DNA of 64,000 bases, taken from positions 224,001-288,000 of the forward strand of contig CAVPRW010000042.1 of assembly GCA_963707985.1 (NCBI GenBank), read 5' to 3'. Position numbers and translations under genes: made by a program. Every line of letters starts with the position of its first letter. Position 1 is the stretch's first letter. This document shows, in pieces, positions 52,586 through 62,066 of this stretch. Source of the stretch: an uncultured Nitrospinota bacterium. GTDB taxonomy: Bacteria > Tectomicrobia > Entotheonellia > J063 > CAVPRW01. The notes beneath the pieces were generated by a model that worked only from the letters and a program-made list of their open reading frames with translations, was not told where the DNA came from and searched no databases.

Positions 52586-53341
52586 ATGGCTTCCGAAGTA
52601 CGAATCATCGGATTGCAGGGACTGCCGGACATCACACCGGGGACGGATCTCGCCCAGGTCATCGTTGACGCGGCGCTGGCCCAAGATCTCACCTTTGTCA
52701 GCGGCGACATCCTGGTCGTCACCCAGAAAATCGTTTCCAAGGCTGAGGGTCAATTGGTGGATCTCCACACGGTCACCCCTTCGCCTTTCGCCGTGCAGGT
52801 TGCAAAGGTACAGGAGAAAGATCCCCAGATCGTTGAAGTAGTCCTGCGCGAAAGCAGGCGCGTGGTGCGAATGGCCCAGCGTACGATCATCGCTGAGACT
52901 CATCACGGGTTTATCTGCGCCCACGCCGGCGTGGATGAGTCGAATGTCGCTGGGGAGGGGACCGTGGCCTTATTGCCAGTGGACTCCGACGCTTCGGCGC
53001 GCCAACTGCGACAGGACATTCACCAGCGCACGGGAGTAGAATTGGCCGTGATCATTTCGGATACGTTTGGACGGCCATGGCGCGAGGGTTTGGTCAATGT
53101 CGCCATCGGCATCGCCGGGATGACGCCGTTCAAAGATTATCGCGGCCTGCCGGACACCGAAGGACGTATTCTGAAAGTGACGACTTTGGCCGTGGCGGAT
53201 GAATTGGCGTCGGCGGCAGAGCTGGTTATGGGCAAGCTGGATCGGGTACCCGTGGCGCTCATCCGGGGTTATCTGTATACACCGGGCGAAGGGGCGGCCA
53301 CACAGATGCTACGCGCGTCTGAAAGAGACCTGTTTCGGTAA
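52586..53341 (+). CDS. cofE: Coenzyme F420-0:L-glutamate ligase
   Basis: VTQKIVSKAEG, HAGVDESN, ISDTFGRPWREG, ADELASAAELVMGK, DLFR. Confidence 0.93.
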   Translation: MASEVRIIGLQGLPDITPGTDLAQVIVDAALAQDLTFVSGDILVVTQKIVSKAEGQLVDLHTVTPSPFAVQVAKVQEKDPQIVEVVLRESRRVVRMAQRTIIAETHHGFICAHAGVDESNVAGEGTVALLPVDSDASARQLRQDIHQRTGVELAVIISDTFGRPWREGLVNVAIGIAGMTPFKDYRGLPDTEGRILKVTTLAVADELASAAELVMGKLDRVPVALIRGYLYTPGEGAATQMLRASERDLFR

Positions 53342-53355
53342 TCAGGGGGAAGACG

Positions 53356-54009
53356 GTGAAAATCGCAATCTTGGGTGGCACAGGAGAGCAGGGGCCTGGG
53401 CTGGCGCTACGCTGGGCCATGGCCGGGGAAGAGGTGATCATCGGCTCGCGCAGCCAGGAACGTGCTGAGAAGGTTGCGGCGGAGCTGAATGCCGAGCTCG
53501 GTCAGGCGCACATCCGTGGTCTGGAGAATCCCCAGGCAGCCGAGGCGGCCGAGATCATCGTCTTGACGGTGCCCTACACGGCCCACCTCAGCACATTAGA
53601 GAGCGTCAAAAGTCAGGCTCAGGGCAAAATCCTCATCGACGTGTCGGTACCTCTCGACCCCGATAATCCACGTCGTATGAAAATGCCCGCGTCCGGGTCT
53701 GCGACCGAAGAGGCGCAAGCGTTTTTGGGGACTGAGACCAAAGTCGTGGCAGCGTTTCAGAACGTCTCCGCCCACTTGCTCCGCGATGCCAAGCATGTCA
53801 TCGACTGCGATGTGCTGATGTGCGGCAATGATGTCGAGGCCAAAAAAACCGTCATGGGCCTGGTGACCAAAATGGGTTTGCACGCCTATGACGTGGGACC
53901 CGCCGAGAGCGCCCGCGTCGTTGAAGGCCTGACGTCCATTCTGATTCGCTTGAATATCCGCCATAAGGTGAAGGGATCCGGGATCCGCCTCACCGGTTTG
54001 CCGCGCTAG
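53356..54009 (+). CDS. npdG: NADPH-dependent F420 reductase
   Basis: GGTGEQGPGLALRW, IGSRS, AFQNVSA, VEGLTSILIRLN; operon context. Confidence 0.9.
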   Translation: MKIAILGGTGEQGPGLALRWAMAGEEVIIGSRSQERAEKVAAELNAELGQAHIRGLENPQAAEAAEIIVLTVPYTAHLSTLESVKSQAQGKILIDVSVPLDPDNPRRMKMPASGSATEEAQAFLGTETKVVAAFQNVSAHLLRDAKHVIDCDVLMCGNDVEAKKTVMGLVTKMGLHAYDVGPAESARVVEGLTSILIRLNIRHKVKGSGIRLTGLPR

Positions 54010-54068
54010 AGGAGGGTCTTGAGCGCGTGACATGTCGAGGCGAATCATGCCGACGGGGCGCTAACGGA

Positions 54069-56396
54069 TCAGGGTGCTGCGTCAGCTCTGACGACCTGCA
54101 TGGCACGCCAGATCTTTTCCGCCGTTAGCGGCGTATCGAGATGGCGCACGCCGAAGCCGGACAGCGCATTCACCACCGCATTGGCCAATGCTGCGGGCGG
54201 TGGCACTGTTGAGACGGAGCCAATACCTTTGGCTCCCAGAGGGTTGGTGGGTGACGGCGTCTCCAGGGTGTCCAGGATCAGGTGGGGAATGTCCGGGGCC
54301 TTAGGGATGGCATAATCCAGCAGACTGCCGGTCAACGGTTGGCCCGTCTCGCTGTAGACCATGCCTTCGCTCAGGGCTTGGCCAATCCCCTGGGCAATGC
54401 CGCCGAGGATTTGCCCCTCGACGAGCTTCGGGTTGACAATCTGTCCACAATCATGGACTCCGACGTAACGCAGGATTTTGACCTCGCCGGTGGCTCGATC
54501 GATCTCCACCACCACGGCATGGGCGCCAAACGAGATGGGCGCGTTTGGCAAGGTATATCCGGCGCTAAAGTCCAGCCCGCTGTCAACCCCCGCCGGTAGT
54601 AGTTCCCCAGCATAGGCGGCCGTCGCCAGCTGTGAAAAGGTCATGTGCACCTCAGGCTTCTGGCGATTGAACACGCGCCCATCCTCGAAGCGGACGTTCT
54701 CGGCGGCACAGCTCAACAACTGAGAGGCGAGCCGCTGCAGTGTCTGACGGGCTTCCTGGGCCACGGCATACACGGCTGAACCACCAACGATGAGACCGCG
54801 GCTGGCACTGGTCCCCTCGCCGAAGGGCACGATCGCCGTGTCCCCATGCTGGACCCGCACCTGTGAGGGAGGTACGCCCAGCGCATCGGCGACGATCTGC
54901 GCGAATGAGGTCGCATTTCCCTGACCATGCGGCGAGATCCCGGTATAGACGGTGATCTGGCCCGAAGGCTCGATGGTGATGCGGGCCCTCTCGATGCGAT
55001 GATCTCCAGCAGCCCCGGAGGATTTGGTAAAGGTCGCCAGGCCGATCCCGAGGAGAGGCTCATCCGACTTTCGCCGCCCAGCCTTCTCTTGCCAGCCGGC
55101 GTAATCGAGCAGCTCCAGGGCACGGTCGAGACCCTGGCGATACTGCCCCGAGTCATAGGTGAGCCCAGCAGCACTCTGATATGGGAAGGCATCAGGGGGA
55201 ATGAAGTTGCGCCGTCGCACCTCGGCCGGGTCCAAGGCCAGGTCTCGGGCGATCAGGTCCATCGTGCGCTCGACACAAAACGCCGCTTCCGGGCTACCGG
55301 TACCGCGATATGCACCAGTCGGGGTCTTATTGGTAATGGCACCGAGCAGTTCCAGATCGACGGCCGGGATATGATACGGCCCGGTGATACGTCGCACCGC
55401 ATTGAATGGGGCCGAGGAAGTTGTGAGAAGAAAGTAAGCCCCGATGTCCGCCACGACACGCACACGCATCCCCAGGAGCACTCCATCGCCCCGCACTGCC
55501 GCTTCGATGGCTAGACTCATGCCGCGGCCATGATACGCCAGCATATCTTCGCGCCGCTCCTCCACCCATTTCACGGGTCTTCCGAGCTGCATGGCGAGAT
55601 AGGGGATCAGGACATCTTCGGGGAAGATGCAATCTTTGATGCCGAAACTGCCGCCGACATCCGGCGCCACCACCCGCACCGTCTGTTCCGGCTGGTTCAG
55701 CAGGCGGCATAAGTAGTGCTTGACGCGCTGTGCAGCTTGGGTTGAGTTCCAGACGGTTAAGAGATTTTCCTGAGGCTGATAATGCGCCACGACTCCGCGC
55801 GTTTCCATCGGGGCTGGGGCCAGACGTGGCACCACGTAGCGCTGGCGAATCACCCGGTCGGCCTGCGCGAACGCGGCCTCCACATCGCCTGCACGCTGGC
55901 GGACGCGCATGGCCACGTTGGTGCCGAGTGCCTCATGAATGACTGCCGCCTGGCTCTGCACGGCCAGCTCGGGATCGAGAACTGGAGCTAAGGGCTCATA
56001 GTCGATGGCGATACCCTCGATTGCATCCCTGGCGACAGCAGCATCCTGAGCCACCACCACGGCAACGGCTTGCCCGACGTAACAGGCTTTGTCCTTCGCC
56101 AGCAAGGGGTGCTCGGGAGGGTGCAACTCATCCACGGCGCGCTCGCCGGTCATGGCACGCGTGGGAATATCCGGCAAGACACCGGCAATATCCGCGCCGG
56201 TCAAGATGGCGATCACACCCGGCAGGCTTCTGGCGGCAGACAGGTCGATAGACCGGATGCGGGCGTGCGCGTATGGACTCCGCAGCACTGCGGCGTGGAG
56301 CAGGTCCGGGAGCTTGATGTCATCCACGAAGGCGCCACGGCCCGTTATCAGCTTAGGGTCTTCGAAGCGCTTGACTGGCTGGCCGACGTAGTTCAC
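54069..56396 (-). CDS. Xanthine dehydrogenase/CoxL form-II-like molybdopterin-binding subunit
   Basis: RFEDPKLITGRG, DVGGSFGIK, GAYRGTGSPEA, HGQG, NPLGAKGIG. Confidence 0.92.
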   Translation of the reverse strand: MNYVGQPVKRFEDPKLITGRGAFVDDIKLPDLLHAAVLRSPYAHARIRSIDLSAARSLPGVIAILTGADIAGVLPDIPTRAMTGERAVDELHPPEHPLLAKDKACYVGQAVAVVVAQDAAVARDAIEGIAIDYEPLAPVLDPELAVQSQAAVIHEALGTNVAMRVRQRAGDVEAAFAQADRVIRQRYVVPRLAPAPMETRGVVAHYQPQENLLTVWNSTQAAQRVKHYLCRLLNQPEQTVRVVAPDVGGSFGIKDCIFPEDVLIPYLAMQLGRPVKWVEERREDMLAYHGRGMSLAIEAAVRGDGVLLGMRVRVVADIGAYFLLTTSSAPFNAVRRITGPYHIPAVDLELLGAITNKTPTGAYRGTGSPEAAFCVERTMDLIARDLALDPAEVRRRNFIPPDAFPYQSAAGLTYDSGQYRQGLDRALELLDYAGWQEKAGRRKSDEPLLGIGLATFTKSSGAAGDHRIERARITIEPSGQITVYTGISPHGQGNATSFAQIVADALGVPPSQVRVQHGDTAIVPFGEGTSASRGLIVGGSAVYAVAQEARQTLQRLASQLLSCAAENVRFEDGRVFNRQKPEVHMTFSQLATAAYAGELLPAGVDSGLDFSAGYTLPNAPISFGAHAVVVEIDRATGEVKILRYVGVHDCGQIVNPKLVEGQILGGIAQGIGQALSEGMVYSETGQPLTGSLLDYAIPKAPDIPHLILDTLETPSPTNPLGAKGIGSVSTVPPPAALANAVVNALSGFGVRHLDTPLTAEKIWRAMQVVRADAAP

Positions 56397-56458
56397 CCTG
56401 TGTCTCCTCGTCCGTGATGATAGCAGCTCTGTGAAGGTGAGAATAGCTGTGTAGGCGG

Positions 56459-56713
56459 TTACGAAATAAGATCAAGCCGCCTGAGGTCGTTTTCAGTCCA
56501 GCGGGCTCCTCCGAGTACATTGCGAAGCGTTCCTAGTGGAAGGGTATCACTGGAGTGGTGGTAATGAATTACCACTCGCCGGCCATCGGGATGGCGATAC
56601 ACCCTGCCGGATCCTCTGAGCCGCCGGTAGATGAAGCCATCTTGTTCTAGTGCGCCAATCAGTTCTCGTACTGGTATATTGCGAATCAGTTGGAGCAGGT
56701 GAGGAGGGATCAT
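56459..56713 (-). CDS. hicA: HicA-family toxin
   Basis: LIGALEQDGF..GS..YRHPDGRRVVIHYH..LPLGTLRNVL. Confidence 0.8.
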   Translation of the reverse strand: MIPPHLLQLIRNIPVRELIGALEQDGFIYRRLRGSGRVYRHPDGRRVVIHYHHSSDTLPLGTLRNVLGGARWTENDLRRLDLIS

Positions 56714-56943
56714 AGAGTGAAGGTAACCACTGGAGCCTCAACCCCCTTCATCCCTTCTTGAGGCAGCTCCTCCCCTGCATCCAGCATGTCCTCGACGTAT
56801 GCTTCAGCCGCGTCTTTGATCGCCGCTAGTGCTTCTTCCCTGTTATAGCCCCAGGCAGTACATCCCGGTAACGCCTCGATCCAGGCGCTCCAGCGGCCGT
56901 CTTCTTCTCGGTGGATTTCAACCTCAAAGATATAGGTTTTCAT
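56710..56943 (-). CDS. hicB: Short HicB-family antitoxin
   Basis: EEDGRWSAWIEALPGCTAWGYNREEALAAIKDA; own SD (GAGGGAGGAAGG) and ATG; stop overlaps the hicA start (ATGA). Confidence 0.85.
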   Translation of the reverse strand: MKTYIFEVEIHREEDGRWSAWIEALPGCTAWGYNREEALAAIKDAAEAYVEDMLDAGEELPQEGMKGVEAPVVTFTL

Positions 56944-57017
56944 CCCTTCCTCCCTCAGTAGAGATGTAGCGGTGAACATTCCTCTACCGAGAGTATAGGA
57001 AACATCAGGAGGTTGCG

Positions 57018-60000
57018 TCAAACCCTCCCTGTTGGCTCTGCTGCGCCTATTCGGGCTAACATAGCCTCCACCTGGGGCAGCCAGAAGGTCATCTCCATGG
57101 CGCGGTACAGCTCGATGGCGGTGGACAGTTCGGCACGGGCCTGCTCCCGCTGGCCGAGTCGTGGCATACAGGGTGCCAAGGCCATGGTGGCAGTGGGCAA
57201 GCAGTGGGCGCATGCCGAGCTCCTCGGCCAGGGTGAGGGCCTGTTGGTAGTAGGTTCCAGCTTCTTCGCCATGCAGTGGATCGCGCTGCGCCGCGATGTC
57301 GCCGAGGAGGCGCAGGGCATACGCCTCATGGCCCCGTTCCTGGTGCGCACAGGCGAGCGCCAGCGCCCGCTCGGCGAGGGCATGCGCCTCCTCCAGGCGA
57401 CCGGCCAGCATCTGCGCCTCTCCCAGGGAGAGGCTACAGAGCGCCTGAAAGCCTGCCATTGCCGTGACTGTGGTCTGTTCCATCGCCTGCGTGAGCAGCG
57501 GCACAGCGTCGGCGACGCGCCCAACCAGGGTATAGGCTGCGCCCAAGGCTGCAGCCATCCATGGGAAATAGGCTGGGAGGTCCGCTTCGTGACAGATACC
57601 CACGGCCTGTTCGAGCCGGGGGAGGGTCCTGGGCAGGTCGCCTTGGCGCAGGGCAAGCAGACCGATCGCCCACGAGGCCATCATAAGGCTGCCGGGGTGA
57701 TCAACCGCTCCTCGGCCATCCGGAGTCGCTTCGTCCCCAGGCACACGGCCCTCGGCAAACGTCCCCAGTTCGGCATGGCACACGGCGAGAACGGCACAGC
57801 AGTGCACGGCGGGCAGGATGACCTGACCGAAGCGCTCGAGGCGCCGCGCCCCGTCGAGGAACGCCACGGCCTGTCCGAGGCAGTCGATCGCCCGCCGATA
57901 CTCACCCTGGGCGTGGTAGGCTAAGCCGAGGCGCAGGTTCGCCAGCGCATGCAGGACGACCTCCCCGCCAGCCGTGGCGAGCGCGAGGACACGCTGGGCG
58001 GCGGCAATGGCCTGCTCGTGCTCGCCCATGCGGAAGAAATGGACCGACAGAAAGTTCGAGACCTGTCCCAGCCGACGCGGGTCGTCGAGGGTCGCTGCGA
58101 GGGCATCGGCCTCGCGCAGATAGGCCAGGATACGCCCAAAGTCGCCAGACGGCAGGAGCGCCGAGCGCAGGGCGAGCCGGAGATCAATGGCCTGCTCACA
58201 CGTGTCGCGCGTCTCTGGCAGATGCGGGAGGGCGCTGAGCGCCTGCTCGAAGGACCCCACGGCCTCGCGGTAGGCCGACCGCGCCAGGGCCTTCTCTCCC
58301 GCCTGCCGGAAGTACGCCAGGGCCTTGTCCCACACTTCACCCCGCAGGGCATGGTGGGCCAGGCGTTCGACCTGCTCGGCCACTCGGTCCCCGGCGAGCG
58401 CCTCGAGGGCCTCGACAATGCGGGCATGGAGCACCCGCCGTCGTTCCTGGAGCAGACTGCCGTAGGCTACTTCGTGGGTGAGGGCGTGCTTGAAGGTGTA
58501 TTCGTGATCAGGAAAGAGCTGCGTTTCGTACAGGAATTCGGCGGCCTGGAGGTGCGCAAGACCATGATGTAGCACTGCCTCGGGTAACTCGGCGATGGCC
58601 TGCAGCAAGGAGAAGGGCACCTCGGTACCGATGGCCGCGGCCGTCTGGAGCAGCCTCTTTTCCTCGGACGGCAAACGATCGATACGGGCTGCGAGCACTG
58701 CCTGCACCGTGGCGGGTACTTGCAGGCTGTCGAGGGGCTTGACAAGACGATGGGCACCGGGCTCCCCGACCAGCACCCCGGTCTCCACCAGGGCGCGCAC
58801 GCTCTCTTCCAGAAAGAAGGGATTGCCCTCAGTCCGTGCGATCAGGAACTGCTTGAGGGGTTCGAAGCTGGGGTCGTTGCCAAGCAATGCCTGCAAGAGT
58901 TCCTCCGCGCTCGCCGGCGGCAGCGGGTCGAGCCGGAGCTGCGTGTAGTAGGTCTTACCTCCCCAGCCGTGTTGGTATTCAGGGCGATAGTTGACCAGGA
59001 GCAGGAGGCGGGCGGTCGGCAGGCTCTCAAGCAGGGTGTCGAGCAGCGCCTGGGTCTCGGAATCGATCCAGTGGAGATCCTCGAAGACAAGCACGAGAGG
59101 CTGTGCCCGGCTTTCCCCCAGGAGGACCCGTTTCAGCGCGTCCAGTGTGCGCTGGCGCCGCTGCGGCGGATCAAGTTTCTGGAAGGAGCTGTCCTCCGGG
59201 AGGGCGTTCAGCAATGAGAGGAGCGCTGGGATGGCTTCATGAAGCGTTTCATCGAGTGTCAACACCTGCCCCGTCACCCTGGCCCGGATGGTGCGTGCAT
59301 CGTCGTGCTCCTCGACGTGAGCGTAGCGCTTCAGCAGATCGATGATCGGGAAATAGGGAGTGGCTTTGCCATAGGATACCGAGGCGCTCTCCAGCACCAG
59401 CCATCCCGCAATACGGTGCGAATGCACGAACTCATACATCAGGCGGGACTTGCCTACACCGGCCTCCCCCACCACGGCCACCACCTGGCCATTCCCCTCT
59501 GCTGACCGCGCCAGCGTCTGGCCCATGGTGTCGATTTCTCGTTCACGCCCCACAAAGCGCGTCAGGCCACGGGCGACTGAGGCTTGCAAGCGCCCTCGGA
59601 TAGCGCTGGCGCCGACGAGTTCGAAGACCTCCACGGGCTCTGCCAGGCCTTTCACAGGCACCTGGCCCAAGGCATCGACGCGGACCAAGCCCTCCACCAG
59701 TCTGAGGGTCGCTGCCGTCATCCGGACGCTGCCCGGCGTCGCCAGTTGTTCCATGCGCGCTGCCAGATGCGTCGTCTGACCGACCGCCGAGTAGTCCATG
59801 TGCAGGTCGTTGCCGATGGCCCGGACCACCACTTCGCCGGAGTTGAGTCCCACCCGGATGCGCATTTCAAGGCCATGGGTACGACGCACCTCCTCGGTAG
59901 ACTCCCGCATGGCGGCCTGCATCGCCAGCGCCGCATAGCAGGCCCGCAGGGCGTGATCCTCATGGGCAATCGGCGCGCCGAAGAGGGCCATGATGCCGTC

Positions 60001-60473
60001 TCCGAGGACTTGGTTCACGGTCCCCTCATAGCGGTGCACGGCTTCCATCATGTGGCGCAACGCCGGGTCCAACAGCTGCTGGGCGGCCTCTGGGTCGAGA
60101 TCCCGGATCAACTCGGTGGAGTCTTTGAGGTCGGCGAACAAAATGGTGACCTGCTTGCGCTCGCCTTCGAGGGCGGCGCGGGATGCCAAAATCTTTTCGG
60201 TGAGGTGTGGGGGCGTGTAAGTGAGCGGAGCCTGGTCCAGGGCATGCCCTGGCGGGCAATGCGGGCGGTGGCATCGCCTCTGAGGCGACCAGTCCAGACC
60301 AGGACGCGGCCATCCTCATCCACCGCCAGTTGCTTGGCATAGATCAGGTCCTCTTTCAGATCTTCCAGGTCATTATCATCCAGACCAAAGCGCCGCTTGA
60401 GCACCCGGTACGACAGGCGCTTCTCCCGTTGCAGGAGATCGAGGACTTGAAGGAAGACCTCATCGTAGTCCAT
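57018..60473 (-). CDS. Class III cyclase - AAA/STAND ATPase - TPR protein (frameshifts near 60200-60290 and 57160)
   Basis: N-terminal helical domain MDYDEVFLQVLDLL; GERKQVTILFADL, GDGIMALFGAP; Walker A GEAGVGKS, Walker B VFEDLHW; GNPFFLEE; FKHALTHEVAY; TPRs. Confidence 0.88.
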
Positions 60474-60538
60474 CGCTCACTCCCGACCTATGCCAGCCGG
60501 TGGACCATCGCCGTTACCACTTGGAGGTTGCTTCTCGA

Positions 60539-61762
60539 TTACTGAGCCCTGCCATCACTCCACGGCGTGGAGGTCAGCCGGAAGAAGCGCGCGGCATTCT
60601 GCCACATCAGCTTCTGCATCGCCTGCTCGCTCAACACCTCTCGCCAGGCGATGACGGCATCGGCGTGGTCCGGGAAGATGGTCTCCGGATGGGGATAGTC
60701 CGAGGCAAACATGAGCGCCTGATCGCCCATCAAGTCGATCACCGCCTTGGTCATGGCCACCCCTTCGGAGAGGTCGATGCTACAGAAGACACGGCCCATC
60801 TGGGCGTACTCGACCGGCGTGTGCTTCAGGGTGGGCGATACCGAGCCGCGCACGTAATCGATTTGCCTGGTCAAGCGCTGTAGCCAATGTGGCAGCCAGC
60901 CGTGGCCGCTCTCCAGGGCGGCAATGCGCAGATTGGGGTAGCGATCGAGCATGCCACCCATGAGCATGAAGGAGAGGAAGCGCTGGCCGCCCCAGGTTTG
61001 GCCGGCGCAGCGGCCCATGGCAGGGTTGTCCCAGACGTCACGGTAGCCAGGGAAGTATGGCGTTTCGATGGTGAAGGCATGATACATGATAGGGAGATCG
61101 GCCTCGTTGGCGGCGGCCCAAATGGGCTCCAGGTCGGGATCGTCCACCGGCAAGCCTTCCGGCAACAGGGGCCAGACCGCCGCCACCCAGTCTTCTTGGG
61201 CATGTTCTTTAATGACCTGCGCGCTCCAGGCCGGATCAGTGGCCGGGGCTAGAATCATACTCTTCAGACGGCGGGTATCCGCGGAACAGTAGTCCGCCAT
61301 ATAGCGGTGATAGGCGCGTACCAGGCCCCTGGTCAGATGCAGGTCCAGGGCGGCAGCGCCATAAGCCCAGGTCCCCGGAATAATGAAGTCGATATCCCGG
61401 CCTTCAGTGTCCATATCTTGCAGACGGCCACGAGCATTATCCTCTGCAACGCGGGGAGTGAGGGGTTTACGCGTCACCATCTGCGTGCGCCCAGATAAAA
61501 AGCCGCGGTCGCCGCCCACCTCTTGGGCGGGGGCTAACTTTTCGCCGGCCACACGCTGCAGACGGAGCGGCTTGACCGAGAGGATTGTGTAGGAATCCTG
61601 GTCTTCGGCATCGCCCTGGCCGGGACGCGGCTTGACTGTTCGCATGTACGGTTTGAGGTCGTCCATGCGGTCGCGCAGGTCTTGATCGGCATAGCGCCGC
61701 AACACATCGAACGACGGGTTGACGTGCGTGTCCGAATCGATCACTCGAAAGCCCTGTCTCAT
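60539..61762 (-). CDS. Amidohydrolase family protein (Amidohydro_2)
   Basis: IDSDTH, LDRYPNLRIAALESG, FASDYPHPE, NAARFF. Confidence 0.9.
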   Translation of the reverse strand: MRQGFRVIDSDTHVNPSFDVLRRYADQDLRDRMDDLKPYMRTVKPRPGQGDAEDQDSYTILSVKPLRLQRVAGEKLAPAQEVGGDRGFLSGRTQMVTRKPLTPRVAEDNARGRLQDMDTEGRDIDFIIPGTWAYGAAALDLHLTRGLVRAYHRYMADYCSADTRRLKSMILAPATDPAWSAQVIKEHAQEDWVAAVWPLLPEGLPVDDPDLEPIWAAANEADLPIMYHAFTIETPYFPGYRDVWDNPAMGRCAGQTWGGQRFLSFMLMGGMLDRYPNLRIAALESGHGWLPHWLQRLTRQIDYVRGSVSPTLKHTPVEYAQMGRVFCSIDLSEGVAMTKAVIDLMGDQALMFASDYPHPETIFPDHADAVIAWREVLSEQAMQKLMWQNAARFFRLTSTPWSDGRAQ

Positions 61763-61802
61763 GGGGTCCCCCTTTACTCGTACCCGCTGTACAATTTTTA
61801 CA

Positions 61803-61940
61803 CCCTCTCCCCGCGGGAGAGGGCAGGGGTGAGGGAAATCCCACCCCTCGATCATGCCTTGCTGCCCTCACCCTACCCCTCTCCCAGAGGGCGAGGGGAC
61901 GAAAAACCTACCCCAGAAAGCTCTCCCAATGGGAGGGGGA
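61803..61940. repeat. Cluster of REP-like palindromes
   Basis: CCCTCTCCCCGCGGGAGAGGG (61803), CCCTCTCCCAGAGGGGCGAGGGG (~61876), CTCTCCCAATGGGAG (61921). Confidence 0.75.
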
Positions 61941-62066
61941 ACTGGAAGGCTCCTCCTGGGCCACCTTGACCCCTAAACTTGGCGCCTATACCCGCTCTGA
62001 GAGCGAACGGGACGTGAAGTTTCCTTCCCAACGGCTAAGGCCTCCTGCCACATGCCTCGTGAGCCA

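Noticed and set aside
56710..60189. Apparent 1159-aa cyclase-STAND-TPR-HicB fusion in the ORF track
   Set aside because: A family-typical C-terminus (ELSTAIELYRAMEMTFWLPQ) lies in another frame ending at 57018, and hicB has its own SD and ATG. The fusion results from a frameshift near 57160.
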